Positions 1-11,149 are shown, counted from the stretch's first letter. The stretch: 64,000 bases of DNA from an uncultured delta proteobacterium (GCA_963789395.1 CAWBKP010000020.1:1-64000), one strand, 5' to 3'. Translations and numbers: made by a program. Notes: generated by a model not told the origin, from the letters alone.

Positions 1-10
1 AAGTCTTCTG

Positions 11-45
11 AAATCCCCCCTGACCCCCCTTTCAAAAGGGGGGAA
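11..45. repeat. REP-like C-run/G-run hairpin
   Basis: AAATCCCCCCTGACCCCCCTTTCAAAAGGGGGGAA; near-identical copy at about 2494-2528 and a degenerate copy at about 51085-51147. Confidence 0.75.
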
Positions 46-78
46 TCTTCTTTTCACGGCAGAATGTTCAATGCCGCT

Positions 79-1573
79 CTATTTCTTTTTATCCTTTTGC
101 ATCAGCCACTCATTGAGTTCGGCCACATGGGTCGACAGGGGGAACCGGCCCTCTGCGAACACGCCGAAGTCGCCTCCGCCAGCCATGGCCGATGCGAACC
201 GGGAATTGTTGGCGTCAAACAGCCAGATGGCACTCCATTTCTTTTCAATGGACTCGTCAAAGGGGCTGGCGCCCCGGTCAAGCCCCGATGCATAGCCTTT
301 TTTCCAGATTTCCCGCATGATGTCGGTTGCGGTTCGTGTGGCGGCATTTGTTGTCCGGATGGTGTTCTCGTAGCGCTGCCAGTGTCCCTTCACCCATGAG
401 GTGCTGTGGCAGGAAAGACATACGGACTGAAGGGTTTTCTGGCGTTTTTCAAATTCCGCATCGTCTATCAGATATTGTGCGGCGGGGGTGCCGTCAAAAT
501 TGGTTGGCAGTTGCAGTCCGGCGCTGTTTCGAATCAGCGTGGTATCGGGATTTCTCGGCTCCCTGTGCGCATAGATGAGGCCGAAAATCCGGGTCGACAG
601 CCGGTCGTTCATCAGGTGAGTCCTCTGGACGACCACTTCACCGTCTGTATTGGTCAGCAGGCTGATGTGGCAGGTCGCGCAGGTCGGCGCCGTGAAATCC
701 CTGCCAATGGTCCAGGGAACGGCCTGAAAATCCCAGGAAGACTGTTTGGAGGAGGCGATATTGCCGTGCTTACTGGCTTCGTAGACTTTAAACGCCGGAA
801 CATCCGGCCCGGTATGACATTCCTTGCAGGTATAGGGCTTTCGGGCGATTTCCATTGAAAAACTGTGCCGGCTGTGACAGGGCGTGCAAGCGCCCTTGCT
901 TCCATCCGGGTTGATGCGGCCGACCCCCTGGTTGGGCCATCCGTCGATGACGGGAAACTCCAGTTCGCCGGCATCGGTATCGCGTTTTTCAAAACCCGTG
1001 ACGGTGAGTCGGGTACCGTGGCAGTAAAAACAGCTTTCCGCATTGGTCAGGGCATCCGGGGAATCAAAGGCGAGCTTGCCGGATTTCAGGGCGGGAGTGC
1101 CGATAATACTCTGTTTCAAGTCCTGGTAAATCTTGTTTTCCGCCAGATTTTTCCAGGCATGGGCCATGATATTCCCGGCATACTGTTCCCGTTCCTGGCT
1201 GTGACAGGTTGCGCAGTCCTCGGGGCTGACCACGACATGCACATCGAATCCATTGTGTGAAACAGTGTCGGCATGGGATTCGGGTCTCTGGGTATGACAT
1301 TCGGCGCAGCCGACCACGACGGATTTCAGGGCGTCCGGAACTGTGGTGCTGGATACCTTTCGGCTAAGGGCCGCCAGCACGCATGGCTTTTTCCGGAGTC
1401 ATCACCGCATGGCGGCTTTTTTTCCAGTCCTCCGCGATTCCGGGATGAAACGTGCCATGGCATCCCAGGCACTCCAGCGTGGCGCTGCTGATGACCGGTT
1501 TGTCCTCACAGAAGACTGAGAATGGAGATATGAACAGGCATAGAGCACAGAGTATCAATGACAGGTTTTTCAT
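79..1573 (-). CDS. Periplasmic octaheme cytochrome c, hydroxylamine oxidoreductase (HAO)-like; one frameshift near 1370
   Basis: ORF 1364..1573 has a signal peptide and CLGCH; ORF 79..1380 has CAECH, CATCH, CFYCH, CTPCH, CKECH, CATCH, CLSCH, giving 8 CxxCH in total; HAO-like motifs such as GWPNQGVGRINPDGS and YEASKHG. Confidence 0.8.
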
Positions 1574-1587
1574 GAAAGCCTCAATAT

Positions 1588-1708
1588 AAAATACGAAATT
1601 CGAATATCGAAATTCGAAACGATGACGAAAAATCAGTTTGAGAAGGGATGGTTTTGAGCATTGGGATTTTGGTCATTGTTTCGGATTTCGTGTTCGGATT
1701 TCGAATTT
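1588..1708. repeat. Long imperfect hairpin made of 7-mer (AATTCGA-like) arms
   Basis: Left arm AAATACGAAATTCGAATATCGAAATTCGAAACGATGACGAAAAATC pairs with right arm GATTTTGGTCATTGTTTCGGATTTCGTGTTCGGATTTCGAATTT. Confidence 0.75.
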
Positions 1709-1749
1709 ATTGTTTGAAAACTGGTGGTACGAGTTCAGGCACTACAAAT

Positions 1750-2361
1750 TTATCTGCTCAGCGCCATCAGCCGGTAAACCAGCATGCCTGCCAGCCATGC
1801 CACATCTTCTGGGGACAGGATGTCGCCGATGGTTTCATCAAACAGGATGTTGGCTTCGGGCGGAAATTCCGAATCGCCTTCCCAGAGAATGAGTTGAACC
1901 GGAATCCGGGGAAAAAGGCGGAATTCAAATCCTGCGTCCCCTGCGGGGATGGCCTGGCCGCCGAGCAGTCCGGCTGCCTTGACAAGCCCTTGAATGTTCG
2001 ATCCGAACGTGTTTTTCAAAGGATCGATGGCGCGCTTGACAAAAGCGCTGAAATAAAAAGATGCGCCCTGAATCTCCCGGTAGGCAATCCAGTTGCCGGT
2101 GGGGAACTGGAGACCGCCGGCCTGAAGATAATGAAGAATCAGCACCTGTTCCTGAATCGGGACATCTTTGGGCGCCGGGGCCGTATCGCTGAATTCGAAG
2201 CCGGGAATGCGAAGGCGGTAGGTCCGGTTCAGGAAAGGAATGCGGATTCCTTCTGCTTCGGCTTCAAACCCGGATCGCCTCAGAATATCTTGCGGGGATT
2301 CCAGGGACAGCGATTCAATCGCAATCTTAGCGGCGTTAAAGTAATCATCAATGCGAGGCAT
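1750..2361 (-). CDS. DUF3786-like conserved protein of acs gene neighbourhoods
   Basis: 203 aa ORF with QVLILHYL, W..YREI.GA.FY..AF and PRIPV...LW.GD.EFPPEA.ILFD motifs. Confidence 0.7.
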   Translation of the reverse strand: MPRIDDYFNAAKIAIESLSLESPQDILRRSGFEAEAEGIRIPFLNRTYRLRIPGFEFSDTAPAPKDVPIQEQVLILHYLQAGGLQFPTGNWIAYREIQGASFYFSAFVKRAIDPLKNTFGSNIQGLVKAAGLLGGQAIPAGDAGFEFRLFPRIPVQLILWEGDSEFPPEANILFDETIGDILSPEDVAWLAGMLVYRLMALSR

Positions 2362-2442
2362 ATAGACCCCTTTTAAACTTAAATGGCTTGGAAAAATCCA
2401 TGAATACAGGGGGTCTCCCCCGGGCCAATGAATGCGAATACC

Positions 2443-2528
2443 TTCCCCCTTAGAAAAAGGGGGATCGAGGGGGATTTTTGAACGGATCGTCCGAAATCCC
2501 CCCTGGCCCCCCTTTCCAAAGGGGGGAA
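2443..2528. repeat. Inverted pair of REP-like C-run/G-run hairpins
   Basis: TTCCCCCTTAGAAAAAGGGGGATCGAGGGGGATTT, a spacer, then AAATCCCCCCTGGCCCCCCTTTCCAAAGGGGGGAA. Confidence 0.8.
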
Positions 2529-2574
2529 TGAATTTTTACGAAGTCGTCCGGATATTGACTTTTTCGTGGTCACA

Positions 2575-2605
2575 AAAAACAAAGCCCCGCTGATCCGGGG
2601 CTTTG
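2575..2605 (-). terminator. Intrinsic terminator downstream of acsE
   Basis: CAAAGCCCCG / CGGGGCTTTG stem; the A-run on + gives a U-tract on the minus strand. Confidence 0.7.
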
Positions 2606-2633
2606 AAAGTATTAACAGATAAAAATAATACGC

Positions 2634-3515
2634 CTATACTTCCAGCCAGGAGTCGGAGTACAGAACATTGCCCAGAATGACATTGGTGGTTTTGGCATAA
2701 TCCTGCATTTCCTTGGAAAGGCTGGCCATGTCCGGCTGATTGCCGTCCAGAATGCCGTAAATCAGATCCACGATATCCTGGCGTTTTCCCTTGGCAATGG
2801 CGGTCAGCTGGTCATCCAGCGGATCGGAGATCACGGAATACATGCCGTGTTTCTCGAGCATGACCATATAGGTCTGATTTAAAATGGGCCGCAGATGTGT
2901 CGGCGGGCCGTTGGAAATATTGGACAGACCGCAGGTGCTTTTGGCGCCCGGGGCAATGTCCTGGATCATGGCCTGAAAATTCATCAGGCTGATGAGCTGC
3001 GGCTGCTGAATGTTGACCGGTGTGACAATGCCGTCCACCCAGATCTTTTCATTGGGAATGCCGGCCTCGTTGGCTGCATACAGCAATTCCACGCAAAGCG
3101 CGGCCCGTTCGTTTTCATCCCGGGGCAGGCCTTCCGGGCCCCACATCAGGGCGATGAAATCCGCATTGTACTCGGCGGCAATCGGGATCATCCGCTCGTA
3201 TCGCTCCGGACGGCACATGATGGAGTTGATCAGCGGGGGAAGCTTGCAGACTTTCAGGGCGGCTTCGATGGCATCGATGTTGGAGGTGTCCAGGACCAAT
3301 GGCACATCGTCCACGACTTCCTGAACCACCTGGACCACCCAGGGCATCAGATCCGCCCCGTCTTTTTTGGCCGGCCCCAGATTGATGTCTATAAAATCCA
3401 TTCCCTTTGACTTCTGAAACAGGGCTTCTTCCTGAATGGGTTTGGGATCCCGTTCTTTATACGCCCGACCAATTTTCTTGTTGATTACATTCAGGCTTTC
3501 GCCAATTAGATACAT
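2634..3515 (-). CDS. acsE: Methyltetrahydrofolate:corrinoid/iron-sulfur protein methyltransferase
   Basis: Pterin-binding fold motifs IGESLN, DINLG, LDTSN and GLSNISNG; last gene of the acs cluster. Confidence 0.9.
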   Translation of the reverse strand: MYLIGESLNVINKKIGRAYKERDPKPIQEEALFQKSKGMDFIDINLGPAKKDGADLMPWVVQVVQEVVDDVPLVLDTSNIDAIEAALKVCKLPPLINSIMCRPERYERMIPIAAEYNADFIALMWGPEGLPRDENERAALCVELLYAANEAGIPNEKIWVDGIVTPVNIQQPQLISLMNFQAMIQDIAPGAKSTCGLSNISNGPPTHLRPILNQTYMVMLEKHGMYSVISDPLDDQLTAIAKGKRQDIVDLIYGILDGNQPDMASLSKEMQDYAKTTNVILGNVLYSDSWLEV

Positions 3516-3642
3516 ACGGCCTCCTTGGGTGAAAATGGTGAGGGTAGGGGGCAGAAACGATAACCGTCAAAACTCGGATTTCAGGGCAGACACGGGTCTG
3601 CCCTTTCATCCAGGTTCTCCGCCCCTTTTCAGGGAAAATGGA

Positions 3643-4983
3643 TCATTTTGCTTTTAAAAACGCCGGAATATGGGCAGCTTCTCTGGGACCGACCGTAATG
3701 GTCCAGCCCGGGAGCTCTTCTTCCACGTCTCCGGCAATCGCCGCTGCATACCCCGGAATAATCAATTCCTGGTGCTTGACCTTGTCGGCGATGCCGCTTT
3801 TCTTGACAAACATGCCCACGTCATCTCCGGAGAACTTGCCGGCGGCCCAGGCCGTCATGACCGACAGACCTTCGGAATCCTTGATCAGCAGCCAAGTCGG
3901 AACCCTGCTGCCTTCAATCTCACCGGATACGATAAAATAGGTGAGCGCAAAGTTGGTGGTTACCAGCACCGGCGAATTCTCGGTCGGATTGCCGATTTCG
4001 TAGATCCCTTCGGTTACGGTCATGGGACGCTGCGGATCGGTAAAGATATTGAGCCGTTCCAGGAGCAGCGGGAAGATGGATTCACCTTTGAAATCAGACA
4101 ATACCACGATCGCGGCATATTTGGCGATCAGCATGCCGGCGATCAGGGTTTCCATATCCAGGTTGGGTGCCATTTCACAGGGGAAAGCAATGGTCGGAAA
4201 ACCCAGCGCGCGATTTGCCTGTTTCAGGGCGGCCCGGCGGATCACCACCTGATCTTCCAGTGCCTGTTTAATTTCTCTGGAGCCGGAATCGATAATCAAA
4301 TCTTTCAGGCCCATTTCGGTCAGCTTGGTTGTCAGCGGAATGAGCCCTTCAACGGTATCCGCCTTCACTGCAAGCGGCAGATTGTTTTCCTTGGCCAGCG
4401 CGCCGAAGGCATCGAGGGTGGCGGCGGTGGCTGCATAGATCAGGGGTTTTTTGAACTTGCTGACTTCAATTCCCGCCTTCATGACATCGGCGTCGCCGGA
4501 CATCAGGACCAGGTTGAATTCCGATGTTTCGGCAATCAGCTTGGCTTTTTCGGCAAAAGCGGCCTTGTCGCCATTGACGTCTTTTAAGGCGACCAGTTCA
4601 GGCCGCAGATTCAGGCCGACGCGTTCAAACTGAAATGCATTCCAAATTGTCAGCTTGGCCTTTAAATCGGCAAGCGGAATACTGGATTCGACCAGTGCCG
4701 CCAGGCCGGTTTTGTTGAAAAACGTTTTCTCGTGGCGGTAAAGAACAGTTTCTCCGCCGGAAGTCATTGCCCGAACCCCTTTTCCAATTGCAACCGGCCG
4801 GATTGGCGGGGCTGAGGCTTCAGCCAGTTTTTCTCTGGCTTCTTCGGATACATAGGGACAGCTATCCAGTTCCGCCTTGCCCGATGCCAGGTTCATGGCA
4901 AATGCCAGACAGGTCGGAACCCCGCATTCCTTGCAGTTGGTTTTCGGCAGAAGTTTAAAAATCTGAATACCGGTTAATGCCAT
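3643..4983 (-). CDS. acsC: Corrinoid iron-sulfur protein large (gamma) subunit
   Basis: MALTGIQIFKLLPKTNCKECGVPTCLAFA 4Fe-4S domain; TTNFALTY and SVMTAWAAGKF; ATG at 4983 with AAGGAG ribosome-binding site. Confidence 0.95.
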   Translation of the reverse strand: MALTGIQIFKLLPKTNCKECGVPTCLAFAMNLASGKAELDSCPYVSEEAREKLAEASAPPIRPVAIGKGVRAMTSGGETVLYRHEKTFFNKTGLAALVESSIPLADLKAKLTIWNAFQFERVGLNLRPELVALKDVNGDKAAFAEKAKLIAETSEFNLVLMSGDADVMKAGIEVSKFKKPLIYAATAATLDAFGALAKENNLPLAVKADTVEGLIPLTTKLTEMGLKDLIIDSGSREIKQALEDQVVIRRAALKQANRALGFPTIAFPCEMAPNLDMETLIAGMLIAKYAAIVVLSDFKGESIFPLLLERLNIFTDPQRPMTVTEGIYEIGNPTENSPVLVTTNFALTYFIVSGEIEGSRVPTWLLIKDSEGLSVMTAWAAGKFSGDDVGMFVKKSGIADKVKHQELIIPGYAAAIAGDVEEELPGWTITVGPREAAHIPAFLKAK

Positions 4984-5162
4984 TGTTATCTCCTTATTTG
5001 TATTCACCAGGAACGCAACCGGTCAGTTGCGTCCGGAAATGTTGTTGGCGCTTGAAACCACCATACAAAAAAGCAGGCTTAATGACTGAAGGCTGAAGAT
5101 CGAAGGCTGCCAAAGGACAGCCTTCGGCTTTTACGCATCCAGTCCATGAAACCGGAACCCAT

Positions 5163-7381
5163 CTATCCGCCGATGATCGGGGGCATGGACAGTGCCGGAT
5201 GGCCTTTTTCCTGGAGAAAGGGCAGAATTTCTTCTTCGGTGATGCCCACGGTTTCGTCGGCAATCATATCGTAGAAATTGGGAATCCCCATCTCTTCTCC
5301 GCGCTTGACAATTCTTTCTTTCAGCTCTTCTTTCAGGGCTTTCGGCATCCAGACCATGCGGTGAAGTCCGCCGTCACCCTTGATGAATTTTCTCTGGGTA
5401 ATGTTGTATTTGGAATGGCCGACAAATCCCGGTGAGGAAGCCCCGCCGCCCATGACACCGGCCAGGGTGGTGAACTTCATGCCGCAGGGTGTCTCGCCGG
5501 CATAGTCGCGGCCGACGGTCATGACGCCGTTGCAGGTGGGAAGCGTTGCAGCAATACATTCGCAGCATCCGCAGGTGGTCATGGGATCGGTGACCATGGA
5601 GTAAAAATTATAATGCGTCACGGCTCCGCGGGAGGCTTTGAAGACGAATTCGTTCACGCCCTTGAACTGTCCCAGGACGGGATCCAGGCATTCCCCTTTT
5701 TCAATGGGCTGGTTGGGGCCCGTGGGGTTGATTTCGTAAGAAGCCTTGCAGTCCATCCAGTTGTATGCGCCGCAGAGACCGGTTCGCTCCGGGCTGACGG
5801 TGCAGACATGGTTGGGTGCAAAAGACTGGCAGAGGGTACAGGAATAGAAAATTTCCTCGGCTTCGTCGGTCATCTTCTCGACGCGTTCGTCCCGCATTTT
5901 GTATTCGGCGCGGGCGCGGGTGGTGAGCTTGTCCACATCCGTCACTTCTTCGTGTAAAGCGTGACCTGGATCTTGTCCAGAATCTTTCCGAAATCCTGGT
6001 GCAGCTTGGCATGGAGCACAACGCCGATGTCTTTCAGGGAGAAGCCCTTATCCACGGCGGCCTTGCTGACCCGGACCCAGGAGATATCCCGCTGTCCGAT
6101 GTGCATGATGCCCTGGATATAGTTGATGAGATGGTGGATCTGGCGTTCCAGAATGGGTTCGAAATCGGTCTGGAATTCGCGGCCCGCCACCTGGACATAA
6201 ATGCCAAGGGAGAAGGTGCCGCCTTCTTTGACGTCCTTCAGATCCGGTCCGTCCACGATGACTTTTCCGTCTTCGATTTCATTCATTTCGGCCATCTTGA
6301 CCAGCTCGGTGCACTGGGTCTTGCCGCCGCCGCACTGGCAGTACAGATCCGCGCCTCTGACGCGTTCGCCCTCATAGGCCGGGCCGAATGCGCAGGGGAT
6401 GTCGATCTTGGAAACCGTGACTTTCAGACCGCGAACTTCAACGGATTTCTGAACCATGTCTTCATGTTTGACATTGGCCACGACATGCTCGTAGGTGCAG
6501 ATACCGGTCGGCAGAATTTCCGGAATATCGGTGTCGGCCAGGGTCGGGAAACCCCAGTTGACGCAGCCGGCAGCTGCGGCGGCCCATTCCGCATTGACAT
6601 CGCCAAGTGCGTTGACAAAGGCGAAAATACGGTTTTTGTTGTAGAGCAGCATGGTCTTGTAGTCGCCGGGTTTGATCCCGCCGAAGGCCATGGCTGCGCG
6701 GTTGGCAAAGCCAAGGGCGAAAATGGCGGAGGAAATGTCCGGACCGAAGGGAACGATACGGGTATTCCAGCCGATCTGAACGCCGGCTTCGATCAACTGC
6801 TCGGCAACGGTGGTGCCGTTCTGGTTGGCGGCAAGGAAAATATAGAGACTGCGTTTCTGATATTCTTCTACGATCATCTTGGCGGTTTCAGGATCGGGTG
6901 CCGCGCCCACGATGGCGGCAAAACCGGGCGCCGAGCCGTCCACGAACTCCACGCCGCGTTTTCGGAACACCGTGTCATCGGCGGCTCCCAGCCAGATCTT
7001 GCCGCTGGTCTCATCGATGTCTTCGGAATGCAGGTAAAAATCCGGGTCCGTCAGATACCGGAGCGCCTCTTCGATTTCAAATGCCAGCAGTGCGGCCATA
7101 CCGGCATCCAGCAACGGCCCCAGATAGGGCAGGTGGTGTGAGCCCTTGACGTGCGGGGGCAGCAGCCCGCGGGCAAAATCCAGCGGTTTTTTCATGTCTT
7201 CCAGGGTTTCGACCTTCATGCCCAGAAGGGAATAAATGACCGGCAGATAATAGGCCGTGTTGGGAAATCCGACTTTGGTGTCGGCATTATAGCTCGCCAG
7301 AGCTTTTTTGTATTTACCTTCGACTTTCGAGACAATATTATAGCCGCCCTGAATGGCCGCAAATGCAACTAATTTAGACAT
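5163..7381 (-). CDS. acsB: Acetyl-CoA synthase (ACS alpha subunit); one frameshift near 5945
   Basis: FPNTAYYLP, ERQIHHLINY, A-cluster ligands YSCTLCQSFAPNHVC...GLCG and PMTTCGCCEC, spread over two abutting ORFs. Confidence 0.93.
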
Positions 7382-7468
7382 AGAATTCCTCCTTCGTTGA
7401 GGATTTTAGATTAAACTTACAAAGAGATAGAAAATCCGGAAGGAACGCGCCTTCCTGATCTTCCCGGA

Positions 7469-9511
7469 TTACGCGGTTTCCAGCTTCTGACGGTCGGCCA
7501 TATCCATAAGCACCCGCTCCCTGGCTTTGTCGATGCCAAGGGCTTTGCGCTTTTTGTCGATATGCGCAATCATCTTATGGGCATGTTCGATGGGATCTGC
7601 TACGCAGTCCCACATCCCGCCGTAAATCTTTTCCAGTTCATTGTACATGTAGTCCTGGAAAACCGGCGCGCCGCTCATCGGCAGATGGAGGCCGAATACC
7701 GTATAAACGCCCGAGGTTACAAAATACTGGCCGATGCTGATGGCTTTTTCACTCATCCATTCGGGTGCGCTTCCGGCCGCGGGCAGATCGCAGATGTCCT
7801 TGCCCAGACCGCCGGCTTTGACGACTTCGGTGGCGGCCAGAAGGATCCGGCTGTTGTCCACGCAGGAGCCAAGGTGAAGGACCGGCGGGATACCGACGGT
7901 TTCGCAGACTTCGGCAAGACCCGGTCCGCAGAACACGGCCGCGGTTTCCGGAGACAGCAGCCCTTCCATGGCGCAGGCGATGCCGTTGCAGCCAGTGGTC
8001 AGAACGATGACGTCATTTTTGATCAGTTCCTTGACAATGGCGATATGGGCTTCGTTGTGGCGGGATCTGGCGTTGTTGCAGCCGACCACGCCGGCAATGC
8101 CGCGGATGCGGCCGTTGATGATGTTGTCATTCAGGGTGTAATAATCGCCGCGGAAGGTTCCGCCCAGGTGATATTTGATGGATTCCACGCCGAAGCCGGC
8201 GATCTGGGTGGCTTTCTGTCGGGGAATCATGACTTCGACCCGGCGGTTGGTGAAGTTGTCGATGGCCATCGTTACGATGCGTTTGGCGTCTTCCATGGCA
8301 TGGTGTTCGTCAAACTCGATGTGGATGACATTGTCCTGTTCCATCTTGGCGATGGGGTGGGTGGTGATCAGCTTGGTGTGAAAGCATTTGGCGACATTGG
8401 CCAGGTTCTGGAAGACGCACTGCACATCCACGACCATGGCATCGCAGGCGCCGGTGACAATGGCCAGTTCCTGCTGCAGGAAGGTGCCTGCGGGCGGAAC
8501 GCCGTGACGCTGCAGGATTTCATTGCCCGTGCAGCAGATGCCGCCGAGCTGAATGCCTTTGGCGCCTTTTGTCTTGGCGTAATCGATCATTTCCTTGGAC
8601 TGGGCCGCGGCAACGATCATTTCGGACAGGATGGGCTCATGGCCGTGAATGATGATGTTGACGTGATCTTCCTTCATGATTCCCAGGTTGGCTTCGGACT
8701 GCAGCGGAAACGGGGTGCCGAACATGACGTCCTGAAGGTCGGTTGCCATCATGGATCCGCCCCAGCCGTCGCCAAGTGAGCAGCGGGTGCACTGCTTGAC
8801 CAGATTTTTGTAGTCCTGATCCACGCCCATGTGGGTGCGGTGCATGATTTCAACGGTTTCCCGGTCGATGTTCCGGGGCAGAACGCCCAGTTTTTTCCAT
8901 CTTTCATACAGGGGCGCGGGCGCTCTTTTCAGATACCGAGTTCTCCGGCTGGCTTTCCCCATTCATTCAGGGCTTTTTCAGCCACTTCCAGGGCGATTTC
9001 ATCCAGATCCCGGTCAACGACCTTGCCGTCAACTTCAACGGTTGTGGCAACATCAAAATACGGGGCAATGGCGAGCAGTTTCTGCGGGTCCTTGATTTTG
9101 TAATCATTGGTTTCTTTTTTGGCAACGGACATGAATACTTCCGCAACACCGCGGCCATGATCCGAGTGGGCCGATGCGCCGGCTGCCACCATGCGGGCAA
9201 AGTTGCGGGCGGCAATGGTATTGGCGGTTGCGCCGCAAAGGCCTTTGCGTTCATCCGGCCTCGTCGGTTTTGGTCAGGGGCAGACGGCAGGGGCCCATTG
9301 CGCAGTTCTTGCAGCAGGTTCCCTGAATGCCGATATTGCAGGGCTTCATGGATACGGCGCGATCAAACACCGTTTCAACGCCCAATTCCTGTGCCCGTCG
9401 GATCATTTCCTGGGTTGCGATATCAATGGATGCGCCGACCGGGTCCGCCAGTTTGGGCGCTTTGGGTTCTTTGACTTCTTTTGCTTCCGCTACTTTTTTC
9501 AATTCTGCCAT
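7469..9511 (-). CDS. cooS: Anaerobic Ni-Fe carbon monoxide dehydrogenase catalytic subunit; frameshifts near 9255 and 8945
   Basis: CCKNCAMGPCR, AHSDHGR, HGHEP, GICCTGNE, GCNN, PPVLHLGSCVDNSR and PEWMSEKA across three ORFs. Confidence 0.93.
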
Positions 9512-9589
9512 TTTGAGGTTCTCCTCATCATTATGGTTGTTCTGGCAATGCCGGCAATTACGAAAAACTGCCAGAGAACGTTATCGGTA

Positions 9590-11149
9590 TCAGACTCTGC
9601 GATGAATGCGATTCAGCTGTTCCAGGATTTTCTCCGTGGCTGTTTTTTGAATCTCAGCCGGTGTCAGGGAAATATCCTCACCCGTTGCAGCCTGGTGTGC
9701 GGCCATGCGGGCTTCCCGCTCTTTGGCCCGCTGCTGGCGGATGGCGTCTTCTTCAGCTTCGCGCTTGGCACTGCCGCCGCGGCATCAGCCTTGGCTTTGG
9801 CGTCGGCCTCTGCCTGCACCCTGGCCTCCGCATCTGCTTTGGCTTTGGCGTCGGCTTCCGCTTTGGCTTTTGCCGCTGCTGCTGCCTTGGCAGCCGCTTC
9901 TGCGTCGGTTTTTGCTTTGGCCTCGGCCTCTGCCTTGGCTTTGGCTTCCAGTGCAGCGGTATCCACTACAGCGGCTGCAGCCGGTTTGACCTCGGGTTGC
10001 GGGGCTGCCTTGGCTTCGACTTTGGCGGGGGCTGCCTGGGGTTTTTCTGCAGCCTTGGGAGCTGCCGCTTTGGGAGCTGCAGGCGCCGCAGCTTTGGCCT
10101 TTTCTTCTTCGATCGTCAGGTCCGGGGCCGGCGACAGGGCCGCAAGATCCAGTTTCACGTCATCGAGTTGTTTCTTGACAGGCGCCACTTTCGCTGCCGA
10201 TGCCGCCGTCAGCCAGAAGGTCGATAAAGGATTTGGCCATGCGGATGGCTTCTGGATGCCGCATGATGAGAATGTCGGAACCTGCCATCAGGTAGGTAAC
10301 GGCCCCGACTGCTTCCATCAGAATACCGCGTTTTTCCGGGTCACCCAGGGTCGGTGCGTCTGCGGCCGACAACTTGGCTTCCTTACACTTCCAGATCTCA
10401 TTTCCCAGGTTGTTGATGATGGGAAGCTGAAGCTTGTCATCTCCCTGGGCCATGGCGGCCATCCGGAGACGTTCCATCACGGAGTAGGAATATTCCAGGC
10501 CGTAGCCCAGGCCGCCGGTGGTGGGATCAATGATCATGCGGCTGGACGGCATTCCCAGGTTTTCCAGCAGAATATTGACCTGCTTGGCAAGGTTGACATC
10601 AATGGGAGAAGAGGAAATGACGGTGTGGCCATAACCCATGGCTGCAGCCCCGATCCCCTTGTGATTTTTATCTTCTACGGGTCCGATGACCAGATTGGCG
10701 CCCTGACAGTCTTCGGCGATTTTCTTGAATACGGCTTCATCTTTCTGGGGATTGGCACAGCCCCAGACAATCAGCGGCACGTCAATGGCCGCAAGCACTT
10801 TTTTGACGGTTGCAGCCGCGTCTTCCGGGCTGGCGTTGTTTGAATTGGGATCGACGCTCTTCAGTTGAAGGACGATCATTTCCGCCCCGAACTGATCCAC
10901 GCATTTTTTCGCCCAGGCTGCCGGGTCCGAGACCACATCCTTGAATGGCGCCAGCGCGGCTTCAGCCCAGTCTTCCGGTGCGATGTCCCAGACTTCCATG
11001 GCGATTCTGGGTTTGTTGGCCATCTTGCCTTCAAACTGATAGAACGGATAGCAGGTTTCTCCTCCGACGGTCACCGCTTTGGCGCCTTTGCCCAAAGTGA
11101 TTTCCTTGATACCGCCGGCATATGTTTCTTTGAAAATGTCTAAGCCCAA
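9590..11149 (-). CDS. acsD: Corrinoid iron-sulfur protein small (delta) subunit with a long Ala/Lys/Glu-rich C-terminal extension; frameshifts near 10190 and 9770
   Basis: PIDVNLAKQ, DPTTGGLGYGLEYSYSVMER and MRHP motifs; TTG start with AGGAGG; tail continues in ORF 9664..10188 and then reads AKREAEEDAIRQQRAKERE...LEQLNRIHRRV to TGA at 9590-9592. Confidence 0.85.

Noticed and set aside
1588..1708. CRISPR array or tRNA among the intergenic repeats
   Set aside because: Repeats are 7-mers in inverted arms without unique regular spacers; no cas genes and no cloverleaf seen anywhere in the window.
5936..5950. TGA at the acsB break as a selenocysteine codon or read-through site
   Set aside because: The downstream half is in a different frame and the position is not a Cys site; an indel explains it.
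9191..10843. 550 aa plus-strand ORF, and other long antisense ORFs such as 12778..14394, 5999..7141, 7562..8779 and 20120..21205
   Set aside because: Shadow frames opposite well-conserved genes with biased codon usage; no recognisable motifs.
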